In this document: positions 1 through 14,040 of the stretch, piece after piece
Layout: each line of letters starts with the position of its first letter
Position numbering within the stretch: the stretch's first letter is position 1
Assembly: GCF_036321535.1 (NCBI RefSeq)
Contig: NC_087472.1
Location: 92,940,001 to 93,004,000, forward strand
DNA: 64,000 nucleotides
DNA from: Camelus dromedarius
Taxonomy: Eukaryota
Direction of reading: 5' to 3'
The notes under the pieces: model-generated
Told to the model about the DNA's origin: nothing
The model's database searches: none
The model's input: the letters and a program-made list of their open reading frames with translations, nothing else
Program-made: the position numbers and the translations under genes

Positions 1-290
1 TTCTGATTTTAACTAATATAAAATTCACCTTTCACTCCTTGAAGAGAAAAATGCCCATACTGACCATAAGAGATGACTGTGAAGACAAAATGAGTGAGAT
101 ATTATCTATTTTCATAGGTAAAAAGTATCCATCTTTTCTAGCCATTTCCCACTAGTGCTGAAAGCTTTTGCATCTTTGACTTTGCTCATTGTTTTTGTTC
201 CATAGAAGACCTCTCTTGGCCATTTATGTACAACATAATTCTCACAATCACCAAGGTCTAATCTTCGAGTTGTGCATAACCCAAAATCAA

Positions 291-1057
291 TGTAGGGAGA
301 GCAGGTTTCCCTCACACTACCACATAATTATTGGACACTAGGTGGGTGTTTTACAATTCAGCTTAATTCTGACCCTATATACCTGGTGATAACATCAGAT
401 TCCACAGGCAATAGGCTCAGTCTTACATCTTATAAGACACCCCCTCCCTTTGGCACTTAAGACAGCAATCACACACCTAAGTTGTTACCTGTGCTTCCGA
501 GTAACTGGCTATAGATCAGAGGTTCCAGTGACCCCTCCTTGGGTTCATTTAATTTGCTATAGAGGCTCACAGAACTTAGAGAAACATTTTACATACCAGA
601 TCACCAGTTTATTATAAAAGGATTCAACTCAGAAACAGCCAGATGGAAGAGATGCATAGGGAAAGGGATGTGGTAAAGGGCACAGAAGCCCCATGCCCTC
701 TCCACCACATGCTCACCAACCCAGAAGATCTCTGAACCCCTTAAACCCGGGTTTTAAGGAGGCTTCATTACAAACACATGATTGATTAACTCACTGACCA
801 CTGCTGATTGATTCAACCTCCAGCTGCTTTCCCCTCCAGGGAGGTTGAAGGAGTTGGGATTGAAAGTTCTAACCCTCCAATCACCCAGTAGCTTCCCTAC
901 TACACAGCCTTAGGTCCTTTCTAATAGTCACCTCATTAACATAACAAAAACATTGATCATTCTTATCACTTAGGAAATTCCAAGGGTTTCGGGAACTCAC
1001 TGCCAGAAAGGGGGACAAAGACTATGTATGTATTTCTTATTATGTCACAATGTCACA
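291..1057 (-). mobile_element. MER21-family solo LTR
   Basis: TG...CA ends. The minus strand starts TGTGACATTGTGACATAATAAGAAATAC...CCCTTGGAATTTCCT, like the MER21 consensus, and has an AATAAA near 608-613. Confidence 0.8.
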
Positions 1058-1616
1058 CTTAACTAATAGACTTTCCTAATATTCCTCTTGCCCAGCTTCC
1101 AATTTAAGTGAGACTCCTTAGCATATCAGCCTTAGACCAGGCAGAGAGGCCCTGCCCTATCCTTCCCTTGAGAGGGTCTAGCCCTGGCCCTGTTCCTGCC
1201 ACGTCACTGCCCTTGGGGCAGGGAATCTAGGGGAACCAAGGAGGCGTGTGCATGCTCAAAGCCCTTGTCTCCCACCTTCCAGACCATATCTAGTACCCCC
1301 AAACTTTAAATGTCCTGCCCAGCAGGCCCTGGGCCCACTACTAGGGCTTCCATGGGTCTCTTCTTCGGTTGCCTTCCTGAGGACAGACCCCATAGTGCTT
1401 TGTGTGCACCTCTACCCTTGAAGAAAAGTCAAAGTACAGGTGTTTGTGAAACAGGGACGTTGGGGGCGGGGTGCTGGATGAAACTTGGATGTGACTGGAT
1501 GTTTGCTTGGCCCTTTGAAATGCAGGAGAGAGCCAGGTGTGGGAAGAGCAGAGGGGTGGGCCACAGCTGGAAGGCCTCTTTTTGTTCAGACCTGAGGCCC
1601 TGACCCCACAAATATT

Positions 1617-1687
1617 AGTACACCTAAATTTACACAATGTGTCAATCGTAGCTCAATAAAGCTGGAGGGGAAAAAAAAGGAAAAAAG
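1617..1687 (+). mobile_element. Very short L1 3' terminus
   Basis: gtacacctaaatttacacaatg...ctcAATAAAgctgg followed by an A-rich tail. Confidence 0.6.
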
Positions 1688-1708
1688 AAGCCTACTTCTT
1701 GGATTCTA

Positions 1709-1903
1709 AGGGAGTCAGCAAACTTTTTCTTACGAGGATAGATTTTAGGTTCTACAAGCCATGTTGCTCAACTCTGCAATGACTCTAGCTGCAGCATGAA
1801 AGCAGCCACAGATAGTATGAATGGGCATGGCTGTGTTTCAGTAAAACTTTATTTACAGGAACAGGATGTGGGCTAGATTTGGGCCATAGGCTGTTTGCTG
1901 ACC
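1709..1903 (+). mobile_element. MER58A-like hAT-Charlie MITE
   Basis: Inverted ends gtcagcaaac...gtttgctgac; internal gaaagcagccacaga...gggcatggctgtgtttcagtaaaactttatttaca. Confidence 0.8.
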
Positions 1904-2646
1904 ATTACATTATCTCTGTTTCACTTTTCTGGCCCTTACAACATTCTCTCTTATGTTCTACAGTTAATCTGCTTCACTTTCTCATTTCTATTATGAGAAG
2001 TTTGGCTGCATGGCCAAATTTAGTGGCTATCCAAAGAGTAGATAATACTACACATAGAAACAGAATTAAAAGTCCAGGTTGACCTTTGGAGTTTGACAAG
2101 CAATAATATAGCATTTAACCCAATGCCACATTTTGTTTTTAAAGCAGGACTAGGAAACTCTGATTTATAGACTGGAGGTGGCATGTAAATGTAGCTTGTA
2201 ACTCTCCTAACCATGTTGTAAATTTTGGTCATGATTTTGCCTTAAAAATAGATTATATTCTCCTTATGTTAGTGTCCTAGCAACATTTTGTTATTAAGCA
2301 GTTACTAAGTGTGTACTTTTGGAAATATAAAGACAAATAAGGCACAACCCTGCCCTCAAAAAGCTGTCCCCTTTGATGGACTAAATTTGCAAACTCCCTC
2401 AAGGAAGAGATTATGTTTTAGGCCTCTTCATACTCCCAGTGCCTGAGACACAGTGCCCCCATTCAGCAGGAGCTCCTTAAATGATAGCACTATCATGGCC
2501 TTCTCAGAGAGTTTGGTGAAAAAGGTGACCTTGTGAAAATTCACTTGGCCACTGAACTTCACTTCCTCTGTAATGAAGACATTCAAATTCTGAGAGTGAT
2601 TTGTTCTTTTAATGTACTAAATCATTTTGATCAAAGATGTGATGGT

Positions 2647-3192
2647 GGTGTACCCAATATTCACATCAACACTATTTACAATAGCCAAGACATGGAAGCA
2701 ACCTAAATCTTCATCGACAGATGACTGGATGAAGATGTGATATATTTATACAATGGAAGACTACTCAGCCATAAAACAGAATAAAACAATGCCATTTGCA
2801 GCAACATGGATGGACCTGCAGATTATACTAAGTGAAGTAAGGCAGAGAAAGACAAATATCCTATGATATGACTTACATGTGGAAACTAAAATAATGAGAC
2901 AAATGAACTTATTTACAAAACAGAGACTCATGGACATAGAAAACAAACTTATGGTTACCAAAGGGAAAAGGAGTAAGGGATAAATTAGGAGTTTGGGATT
3001 AACATATACACAGTACTGTATATAAAATAGATAAACCGGGTCCTACTGTATAACACAGGGAACTATATTCAGTATCTTGTAATAACCTACAATGGAAAAT
3101 AATCTGAAAAAGTATATATACCTGAGTCACTTTGCTGTACACCTGAAATTAACACAACATTGTAAATCAACTCCACTTCAGTTAAAAAAAAT
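2647..3192 (+). mobile_element. 5'-truncated L1 (ORF2 end and 3'UTR)
   Basis: L1 motifs gccatttgcagcaacatggatggacct and ctgagtcactttgctgtacacctgaaattaacacaacattgtaaatcaact, with an A tail. TSD aagatgtg[a/g]tggt at 2634-2646 and 3193-3205. Confidence 0.92.
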
Positions 3193-3439
3193 AAGATGTG
3201 GTGGTACAGCCAACCTCTTCTCCTCTCCACAAAGAACTCAAAGAGCCCTGTGTGAGGAGCACACTAACTTAGGGATGCTTCCACGTCAGTAACAATTTGC
3301 ACTAACATGACCTGGTGATGGGGGACCTGGTTTGTTTTGTGTTAGGGCACATGCTTGTCATTGTTGAGGCACCCAGCATATACAGGGCATGCTCCTTAAC
3401 TGGCACAGCTCTTTCAAGAGCTTACTCCTCCCTTTAGAT

Positions 3440-3597
3440 CCTTGCTCAATGTGAGGTCCTCAGAGCAACAATATGGGTGGGCCTCATGGTATCACTTGGG
3501 AGTTTGTTAGAAATGCAGAACCATGGCTCTATCCCAGATCTATGGAATTAAAATTTCCTGTGTGATCCAGATGCAATTCAAGTTGGAGAAGCACTGA
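3440..3597. mobile_element. MER5A-like hAT MITE
   Basis: atcacttgggagtttgttagaaatgcagaa...aagttggagaagcactg. Confidence 0.7.
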
Positions 3598-4319
3598 CCT
3601 GTAGGAGGAAATGCCATTCAGTTCTCTATCCCTGAGCAGAGCAAGACAGCACATGCAACGAGGGCACAAGACTTCCCATTAACATCAGCTTCTTTCTAAA
3701 ACAGCAATTAAGGTGAAGAATATTGGTGTTCTCTCACCTAGAACTACAAGTAACAAAGTAATGCCCACTGCCACCAGTGCACTTGGCATGTATAATCTCC
3801 TCTGTTACTAGAAAGCCCTGACAAAGTCAATTCTGCGTGGATTTACTTCCATGCCTTCATCCTTATTGGCACTGGAATGCATTCACCTTCACTGCTGGCT
3901 GTGGCCACATGCCCAGGTTTGCCACTCAAATGCCTACTGTAATACAGGATCACCAGCAACAAGATGCTGGAAACTGGCCAATCTCCTAGCCTTTCCTGTC
4001 ACAAAGTTACTTACATGGCCACAGCATAGCAGAGGGATGGGTAATAACAGGATGTCCCAGCAGCCAGCTGTACAGAAACTGGGAGAATGAAGTTGAGCAG
4101 GAGGGAAAAAAAAAAACCCAGACATGGTGGAAAACAATTTTGAACACTGTAGTCAAGCCAAGTACTGTTGGGAAAAAATCCTATCAGTGAGGAGTGTACA
4201 ACAACCAAGAATGTGTTGGCAGACCATAAAACTGACTGGAAGAGCTGCAAACAGCTTCCAACTCTGCACATTGAATTGGCACCCACAACTGTCTGTTCTG
4301 TAAAATCCACAAGTGAAGA

Positions 4320-4900
4320 TCTGTTCATTCAATCAATCAACTGTTCACTGGGATCTATTATGATGAGCGCTGTATGCTGGGCTAGTCTTTTCAGAGATGC
4401 CTCAGGCCTTTCTGAAGCTTCCATTCTGACAGAAGAGAGAGACATAAACTAATTACAGTAAAATAAGCGCTTTAGCAGGAATCTGTATTCTTATCATCGG
4501 GGGTGATGGGGAGATGTCTTGAATAATACACTGTACCAGAGAAGTTGAGGAAGACTTCACAGAGGAGACAACTGAGTTGGGTATTGAGGGATGAGTAAGA
4601 GTTTTCCAGGCAAGAATTAGTGGGAAGCCTATACTGTCGGGGGGGGGGGGGGTGTGTGTGCATGCATGTGTGCACGTATGCACGTATCTGTGTATTCAGC
4701 GTTGTGAAAGAATATGCATGCTGAGAAGTCATTTTGTCCAGAGGGTGAAATGAAGCTAAAAAAGAATTCTGGAGCCAGATTATTTTTTAAAATGCCTGTC
4801 AGGATAACCCTTTTACAGTTAATCCTGTAAGCCCCAAGGACTTATGGGAGGATTTTAAACAAAGGAACAGCAGGATCATGCTTGGTTAAACATTGATAAA
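4320..4900 (-). mobile_element. L2 fragment
   Basis: Starts ttcattcaatcaatcaac (L2 3' tail, antisense); includes gaagacttcacagaggag and ggattttaaacaaaggaacagcaggatca. Confidence 0.6.
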
Positions 4901-7900
4901 GATCATTTTACATAGATAACAGTAATTATCTGTAGTATCACCTGTGGGTCAAAAAACAACATCAAGGATAACAACAGTGATCTTGGGGACTTTTTGTGTA
5001 ACTTGGAGAGTAGGAAAGAAACAAGAGGGTAAAGGGAAAATGTATAATCAAATACGCCTCTCAAAGGGATATTGGATATTCCCGCATTCAAGCAGCTACT
5101 TTGTGCTAGCCACTCAATAGCTTTTCTTGAAGCAATAATAAAGGAAGCCTTGTTCATCATTGCAGCTGGCTAGATCTGCCCAATTTACAATTTCCCCAAA
5201 CTCAATCACTACATTTTTCCCCTTTCCTACATTAAGGACTATGGCAATTTGCATTTTATATTAGATTCAAAATTTCAAATTAAAATGTCACTTATTTAAA
5301 GCATTCACATCTTAAAGTCAGTCTGAATTTCGTACTGTCCATTAATGTAGCTTTAGTTCATTCTCTGAAGAACAGGGGAAAAATCAGCACTTATAGATGT
5401 TGTATCACTTATAGAAGTTATAAAATATATATATATATATGTATATTTCTAAATTATTTAGCATTTTCACTACTTTCTTCATTAAAATGCAAATCCTAAA
5501 TTATGTCCATTTTGGGGCTTTTAAATGTTGGTCTTAAAACTTGCCAAAAAATGAAAGTAAAATGTTCTTTTAAATGAGCTCTCTCGAATGTCATTTAGAC
5601 TTTTAATGGTCCTGGTATGTTGAGTGTTTGATAATTACAAAACAATGTATGTAATTTGACTGCCGGCTCTCTGATGACAAAAGTTATGATTCAGTTGTAT
5701 ACATTTTGAAGCTTCCCAAATCCCATGCTTTGATAGTAGTATTGTTTTAATACAGTGGGTCATGAACAGCAATGATTACTCAATCTCTGATGATCAAGGT
5801 AAGACATTTTCTTGAGTACAGAAAAGACAGAAAATGAGAATAGAAATGGTATCTTTTTAGGATTTATTATGGTCTAAATATCACTTTAAGTGAAGTGGGC
5901 TTTCAAGAACAACCAGCCAAAAATCGTATTTTGAAAGGCTTGTTTTTGCTGGTGGCCTGGCCACATGGAAAGTGTTCTCTAAATTTAATAGTGCTTTCAA
6001 TGTATTCACAGCATCACTGGTCTCTACCAGCTCTATATTTCAAAATATAAAAGCACTGGACTTCAAATCAAAGAAGAGAATGCACGCACTTAGAATCTAA
6101 GTAGACCACATGACTACCACAGCTACTCACAACATAAAGCCAATCAACATAAATGTAACACATCCATACTCAAAGCAATGTACCCAAGGCCCTAAAACTG
6201 TGTGCTCTGATGTACTAAAGTAAGAAAGCTGTCTTGACAGATTCATAGCATCTTGTATTTGAATAGACCAGTAGGCATCCAGGCCCATGTCATGTCCTCA
6301 AGAAACTTTACCAAGTAACAAAATCAAATTTTGGAGATTAGAACCCCTGCCTGCAGACTCTTTACAGGAATCCAAAGGCCCCATGGAATTCTCTTCAGAT
6401 GCTGTCAGTTCCTGTACAGATGGACTTTGCTATGTGCGTGGTGAACATAGCCATTAAGTATTACTCACTCAGGATTTTAATAGAAGGATCACTATCTATA
6501 TAAACATGGCTTTTTCCTCAACCCACTAGAGATTCTTGAACCCACCCACCAGTAACTATTCTGATATAGTCAAACTCCATCCACCCACAACCAGCAGAGG
6601 AGTAACAAAGTAAAGTAGGCACGAGTGGCAATAAAAACGCTAGAAAAAGTAGTTCTTTCTTAAATAGTTAGAAGAAAACTTACAATGTTTAGAGCTAAGG
6701 TAGCACCCAGGCAATAATGTGAAGTTTGCCATTCTTTTCTTTTCCCCTCCTTCTTCCACTTTCAACCTTTTTCCAGTGGTTAAAAAAAAAAAAAAAAAAG
6801 TAAAATTTTTTTTTAAATAATGAACTTTAGCCAGAAGGATGAGTATCTAAACATATCAAGCTTGGAGAAAAGAAATGGTGTTACATGAAGAACACCCAAA
6901 AGAATGAAAGAAGGAGAAGAAATGGCAATAGATTTATTCATAAATTGCCTGTTTAGTGAATTCCAAAGTCAACATCTTTAAAATGTTTTTAGTGGAAGAA
7001 GAAAAATATATGTCTACCATTCACCCCTGACTTAATGTAAGCCTCTGCATCTATAGCCAGAGATCCAACAAATAAACTATGGGCACATTCTGTCATCTAG
7101 TTTAATTGCACAAGGCTTGGCAGGCAGTAAAACATTTGTAAATTCTCTGGAAAAGACTAAGCTATATGAATGAAATATAGAAGAATGAATGTATTTTTAT
7201 TAGAATAGGCAACTGATGATTGGGAAAGAGACAAAATGAGAACATCCATTCAGTAGTCAGAAATAATACTTTTTGTTTTGACTTACAAAAAGCTTCCAGT
7301 TATAACTATTTTTCAGTGTTATCACAAAAAAGATATAAAAATGAAGTCTTTATTTTCCATTGAATCTCCTACACTAAAACTTCCATTTGCAAAGCATATA
7401 AGAATACCTCATTACAGTTATTATTTTTTTCTATTTATAAAATGTGAAAAAGAACCAAAAAATTTCAATATGTTGAGCAATCCAAACTGTCATTGGAATC
7501 TACAAAAAAAAAAAGAATTTGGTTATTCATTAAAATGCATAGTATGAATATCATGTTTTGTCAGCTCTTTAACTCTTGGGGAGATCTCAGTCATCTTGTA
7601 AATCATCTTATTGCAATATTAAAATTTTCCCATGTTATAGAATATTTAATTGCCACTAACTTTTAAAATTATATGAAGTTTAATTGGTATAACAATTTTA
7701 AAAAGTAAAAAAAATAAACAGTATCAATTGATTTTACTGACACAAGTGAGCCATCAGCTATTGCTGAATATTTGTATATCTTTGTTCTTCACTAGGTGAA
7801 GCTAATAAAATAGAGGATGTTTCTCTATACCTAGAGCAGATATTCTCTTCCCATGGTGCTAATTAGTGAAATTTTAATTTGGAAGAAAGGGATTATGTTG

Positions 7901-8028
7901 TAATACTTTTGATTTCTTGTATATATCATATGAGTTCCCTGCCCTGAGACACGTAATCATAGCCACCATTTGTTGAACCCCTAAATATGTGTCAGGCCCT
8001 GTGATAAAATACTTTAACCATATCATCT

Positions 8029-8680
8029 TGTTAGAGCAGGCAGATAGCTATATATGAGCAGAGAAAGGGGGATGCAGGCCAAATGGCAGGAATTGGACAG
8101 AAAGGAGGGGCACAGGGCAAGTACAGGAAACCATACATCATGTAAGCACCAGGGGTCCCTGAATAGAGAAAGAAAAGCAGGAACCTCTGGGCTGGTAAGT
8201 AGTCACACCTCTTGTGGTGATGAGTGTCCTGGATAGACAAAGAAAGATAAGAAAAGGCAGGAATCTCCAGTGTCCGAATGTAACCTTTTGCTCATTATGC
8301 CCTTATTTCAATAAAATTAGCCTTGCAGATTAGAAGTACCCATCATGCACCGACGCCATGACACTTCTGATCCAGACTAAGTAAGGACAAAATTCCCTCC
8401 TCTCTTCGGGAAGGTAGAGCTGGGATGAAAATCAGGGAATAAGACCCCAAACCCTTCCCTCCCCAGTGAATATTCTGCCCATTCATTTTTACACCCTATG
8501 TAACCAACTTGCCCAAAAAACTCAGGGCAGCTGCTGACCTGAGCCTGCTCGCTCTCTCCTTGAGAGTGTATCTATCCCTTAGTAAGTCCTCACTTCACTT
8601 TCTTAACCTCTGCGTCTTGTCTCTGAGGTCTTTCTGGGATGGGTCAAGAACCTGGACATGGGCTACATCTACCAGCAACA
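8029..8680 (+). mobile_element. ERV1-class solo LTR, same family as 43101-43741
   Basis: TGTTAGAG...CAACA ends and colinear with the reverse complement of 43101-43741. It interrupts a MIR-like sequence (actttaaccatatcatct | aatctttacaacag). Confidence 0.88.
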
Positions 8681-8759
8681 AATAAGATTAAATCTTTACA
8701 ACAGTATCACACAACAGTATCATTAGATATGGATGATTATTATCTCTAGTTTGTAAAAT

Positions 8760-10050
8760 ATTCATTCATTCGACAATTTTTCACCAAATTTACATCATTC
8801 TTGATGCTTGTGATTCCTCAGTGAATTAGACAAAGATCCTTGCTCTTGTGGAGCTAAAACTCTAGCAATAACCAATAAGCATAATAAAAAATAACCTAGG
8901 AAAAATGTTACAAGGTAGGAGGTCCCTGAAAAAACTAAAATGTGGACGTGAACAAGGAGATGAGGCGTGTGGAGGTGGGTGTGTTGCAGTTTTAGAGGAT
9001 GTGGCCAGAGTAGGTCTCATGGAGAAGATGACACACAAATGCTAAAAACGACAGAGGCAAGAAAGTCAGACTTGAGACTTCTGGGAAATAATGCTCTAGA
9101 TAAAGAGCACAGACAGTACCAAGGTCCTAAGGCAAGAATTCACCTGTCATGTTCAAAGAATAGCAAGTAGAGGATGGAGGGAAAGAAGAAATTGAGAAAA
9201 CGCTGGATGAGTAGGGGAAATTAAGTCAAAAAAGCAATGTAGGCCAGTACCTGTAGGCCATTGTAAGTATTTTATTTTACTCTGCATTAAACCAGCAACC
9301 TTTGCTGGGCTTTGAGCAACAGAGTGATATGATCTGAACTCCACTGTCACAGGACAACTGTAGCTGCTGTCTGGAGAGGAGGTTGTAGACAGCAAGGGCA
9401 GAAGCAGTTTGGAGGAAAGAGATAATGGAGGCGCCAATAAAGATGATAGCAGTAGTGGTGAGAAGTGGTTAAATTCTGAATATGAGTGAAGATAGTACCA
9501 ACAGGTCTTGATGACACACTGGATGTGGTGTGAGAGAGAAGGAGAGGAACAATGGACAACTCCAACATTTTTGGACTGACCAAATGGAGGGATAAAACTG
9601 ACATTGATTGAGATGGGACAACTATGAGTAGAGTGGATCTGGATGAGAAAAGAGAAGTTCCATTTTGGACAAGGGAAGTGACAAATGTCAAGATGGACAT
9701 TTGTGTTCAAAGTTCAGGAGAGAGACCAAGATGGGGATGTAAATTTAGGAGGAAGTGACAGAAATGGTATTCATAGCCATGCAAGTGGATGAAATCACTA
9801 AGGGGTGAGTGTAGACTGAGAAGAAGACCAAGAATTGACCCATAACACACTCCAATCTGAAGAAGAGAGAAGAGATTGGCAAAGGAAACTGAAAAGGAGC
9901 AAACAAAGAAAAGAAGTTAAACCAAGAGACAGTGCTATCCTAAAAGCCAAGTGAAGAAAATGTACCAAGGAGAAGGAACGATCCATGTTACAAATGCTGC
10001 TCACAGATTAACTGAGATGAGGATGAAAAATTGACCACTGGGTATAGTAA
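8760..10050 (-). mobile_element. Long L2 fragment
   Basis: ttcattcattc tail; L2 hallmarks gagaagtggttaaattctgaatat, gagaagttccattttggaca and gaaatcactaaggggtgagtgtagactgagaagaag. Confidence 0.85.
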
Positions 10051-10114
10051 GAAAACTGAAGAATGTTCTTAACTGCTGTATTTTAACAATATAACATATT
10101 AAAATAATAAAGAT

Positions 10115-10330
10115 TACCGTTGACTGTGTGGCTACTATTTGTCAAAAACTGCGCTATATGATTTACAAATGTTATTTTTACTTTTCCCAGTAATCCTAAA
10201 GGTAGATGTTCTTTTCTCTTTAGAGATCTGGAAACCAAAACTCTGAAACACTAAGTGACCTGTCAAATATTATGCAGCTAATAAATATTAAAGCCAAAAC
10301 TGGAACTCAGGCTTACCTTGGTCTTAATGT
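10115..10330 (-). mobile_element. MIR SINE fragment
   Basis: taatcctaaaggtagatgttct...ggaaaccaaaactctgaaacactaagtgacctgtcaaat. Confidence 0.55.
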
Positions 10331-13300
10331 CAATTCTAGGATACCATGATGTCTTCTGCAATCAGGAGAGGCTATATTGATACCAGGAAGGAGAGTAAAA
10401 AGGAGAATTCAAGAGTGTTTTAAAAGCTTCCTCTTGATGGATACTTATAGGTGGGCAAAAAGTTGTAGGAAAAAAAGCTATGAAGCTAAAAAAAGTATGT
10501 TTTATCACCTTGTAATTTATAGAAATACAGTAGCTGCCTAAATAAGACTCCAGTCTATTCCTGCTTCGCTCACCTTAAAAATTATTGTCAAATTAATAGT
10601 CCTGAAACATCATTTTCTGCATTACCGATGTAACCAAAACCTTTAGTTATAAATTCTAAGCTCTTGACTTGGCATTCTGAGTATTTTATCAACTGACCTG
10701 GTAATTTAAGCCATGCAGTGGGCCTGTGTTCTGACCTGAGAAATGGAATAGACATTACCTTTACTATATAACATTGCATCTTGAACAAAACCTTTGCAAT
10801 ATAAACATTTTATATCTACCAAGGTGGGCTAACTGTGTTATTTCATTCAACTCCTCTTTCTCCTATTATCTTGCTGAGACCAGGACTCCTTGGGAGATCC
10901 TGCCTCCCTCCCTCCCTCCCTCCTGTCTTCCCTCCCTTTCTTTGATAATTATTGAGTCATATTATGGCCAGGCCCTCTCCTAGGCATCAAAGCTATGTAG
11001 TGAACCAGACAGATGGGGTCCTATTCCCTCAGCCTCATATTCAAGTAGGGGAGAAACACAGAAGTAAGTTTTTTTAAATTATAAATTTGATAAGAAAAAG
11101 ACGGCTCTAAGTGGCTTGGGAGAACATAAGATACTTAGGAAAAATAGTCCTCTCTGTGGTGGGGAACACTTAGCATTCAGAAATCAAAGTTCAGTTAGCA
11201 CTTGGAAGGCAATTGAAGTAGACAGTTGCTTAAATTGAAGGCAAAAGTATATCACAGACAAAATCCATACACCTCACGGGATTGCCAGGAGCCTCATAGT
11301 CCTTGGTTTAAGCTTGTTATATTCCGTGCTCAGTGTCATGGTCTACGTGACTCTTTTTCGATTGGACACTGAAGTTAGAACTCAAGACATTCTGTGCATT
11401 GTCCTCAGTTATCCCACACTTTAATATTCTCAACATAAAATTAGAATAGTTCAAACAAGTTTTTCCAAAAGACTATCCTTCGGTATTCAATAATTTCCAG
11501 TTACCCTTTGAGAGTCTCAAAAAGTAAATTTGTGTATATACAAATACACACTTTGGGTACTGTAATTCTTTCTTGGGGTGGTAAGGACTTAATAGCTAGG
11601 TGTGTAACATCTGTGACTTAGTAATGATTCCAGTGACATTAACTGAATTCTCAATTTTCTTAATATCCTTCGGGTTCCAAAATCTGGGCTGAAGCCACAT
11701 AATGAGGCTCTATCATATGTATTCTTTTTATATTTTTGTAATCATAGCAATAGTAACATTAAAGCTAACAATAAAACGAGTAAGATTGGGCTAGCAGTAG
11801 TTCCAAAACTAATAAAGGATGAGTTTAGATCTACTAGGATTTGAATCTACGATTCCAGGAAATTGGGAGAGTCCAAGGAAGACACTTAGAGCAATAACCC
11901 ACACTTTCTCTGATTACGATCTCAAGAAATTAAAGCAAATTTTACCTTGGAAACAGGAAATGGTAATTCTTTTTTTCTTTTTTACTTATAAATACAGATG
12001 AGGTTTAAATAACTTCTGACGCACCGTCTGTTCCAGTAGGCATCACTCATCTCTCATATCACCTACAAAGCTCTTGAGTAGGAAATTTAAAATAACATGA
12101 CTTACCTACTTTAAGAGATGTGACACTCTGTGGTAAAGCTAAAATCAATTTACTCAAGTCCATGAGGATAAAAGAGAAGTGTACTGGGTACAAATAGCAT
12201 GATGCAAACAATAAAAACAGGACAACTTATGAGCCTGAAGCTTTGAAGTTATATTGAATAAAAAAATACATAGTGAGTATATAGAGATGTTGAAATCACC
12301 CTAATAAGCTTAATAATATTATATATAAAACATACACATCCATCCATAAACACAAGGGGAGTATTATAATGGAAAAGGAATTTGATCTTCATTCAGTTTT
12401 TGGTCTTTTTAAAAATACCTTAATTTTTTTTTAATACAAAAGTCATGCTAGGGCCAGAAAAGGAATGGATCATACTTTTGAGAGCAGGCCCAGTGGTGGT
12501 GGTAAAAACTACTTTCTTCTTTTCAGATAAATCTTTTAAAACACTTAGTAGCATACATCTTGAATTGCTTTGGCAATGAGTGAATTGCTCTTTCTAGCCT
12601 AGTGCTTACACTTAGCATCGAGAAGTTAGGTAATCCGGGAGTATTTGCTGAACTGAACTGAGCTGACCATCTAGTCAAACGTCAAGTCGAGGGGAAAAAT
12701 TGTCAAAGTGGCTGTTTATTAAAGTGAATATCAGTTAATGGATAATTATTTGAGTTATAGCAGAGAGATTTTATGTACCTGCAAAGAGGTGAAGTAAGTT
12801 CATTCCTATTCAAATTTTCTATGATTTAATGAATGGTTGCCCATTTCAACACAGCCACCAGTTTTAAAAATTACTAGCACAGTTGGTCTCAGCGTATTCA
12901 ACTTGACTGAATACCTTTATAGGAAATACAAAACAGAAGGTGCTCCTATCACCTCACTTGGACTGAACAAAGCATTTAAAAATCTAAAGGAATGGCACTT
13001 CCTTCGCATTAAGGAGAGAAATTAATATTTCCAATAATATAAAAATGAATAGTGTTATATGAAACTCTTCCTTTCAGTGAAAATTGAAATCTAGGATATA
13101 TTGTTCCTATGATTTCAAATTCATCATATTCAAAACTAGCCCTCTCCATTAGTCCACATCACAGACTGACTAATGTTAATGAACCACTGCTTTTACTATG
13201 TTCTGCACCAGTAAATCTACTTTCAACACATTCCACTACTAATCAGTTCATTGAGTCTTGGCTTCTGTCAACTTAAACTGTCACTTTAGGGCCTTGTACC

Positions 13301-13761
13301 ATACAACCCAAACAACTGTCTTACTATCTTTGGAATTCAGAGAACTTGGCCCTACAGTACTCTGCTCCATTTCCCTGACCCTTCCCTGACCTCCTACCAA
13401 CTCCTCCCCTTAACTTTAGAATCAAGCATACAAACCACCAAAGAGTAATAGGTCCTATGTAAACATTCTGGGCCTGGATTTTTGACTCCTTCCTTTATCC
13501 CTGTGGAAGTCCAGGGCACAGAGGAGATAGTCATTAAATATTGATAGCCTGATAACTTATAACAGGAGTAATTATAATATGAATTCAACTACATTCCTTA
13601 GAAAACCACATTCTCTGAAACTTAACTACACAGAGCAAGGCCTTGTACTCAATATTTAGTGTTTTTACCCCTTTAAAGAAATATTTAAGATTTCTCAGTA
13701 TTTTCTAAGTAATTTCGTATCGAATCACTGCAGCATGCTTCAAGGGGCAAAGGAATAAAAT

Positions 13762-14040
13762 GTCTTCATCTGGTGCAATTGTTCCAAATTCCTTCCATTC
13801 CCCTCTTTATGGTCTATGTACCCATCCTGCAGCTGACAGCTCACAGCCGAGTCCTTCACTGGGCAGCACCCTCAGCAACTGGAGGAAAGTGTCTTGCTCA
13901 AGATTATACCACCTCTGGAGGGGCAGCCCGTGACCAGTGACTGCCTGATGTGGGAATAGAAAGTCCCGACCCTTGACTCGATTTCAGACCATTTTGAAGG
14001 ACTCGTTGGATCTGCTAAGGCCTCAGTTTCAAGCACATTG
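13762..14040 (+). mobile_element. LTR16-family (ERVL) LTR fragment
   Basis: cagctgacagctcacagc...ccctcagcaactggagg...cttgctcaagattataccacctctggaggg...ccagtgactgcctgatgtggga. Confidence 0.6.

Noticed and set aside
112..315. Minus-strand ORF containing KAFSTSGKWLEK, faintly like the Tigger/CENP-B motif FxASxGWL
   Set aside because: Only one short motif matches and the ORF start lies inside the MER21 LTR, so it cannot be supported without a search.
8031..8240. Similar ORF pairs at 8.0-8.2 kb and 43.5-43.7 kb (MSRERG...) that look like paralogous small genes
   Set aside because: The similarity comes from two copies of the same LTR, and the frames diverge in length and ending.
9153..9710. Longest ORF in the window (185 aa)
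   Set aside because: It lies wholly in an L2 remnant and starts at a non-ATG codon. Any resemblance is to decayed L2 ORF2, and no splice context is evident.
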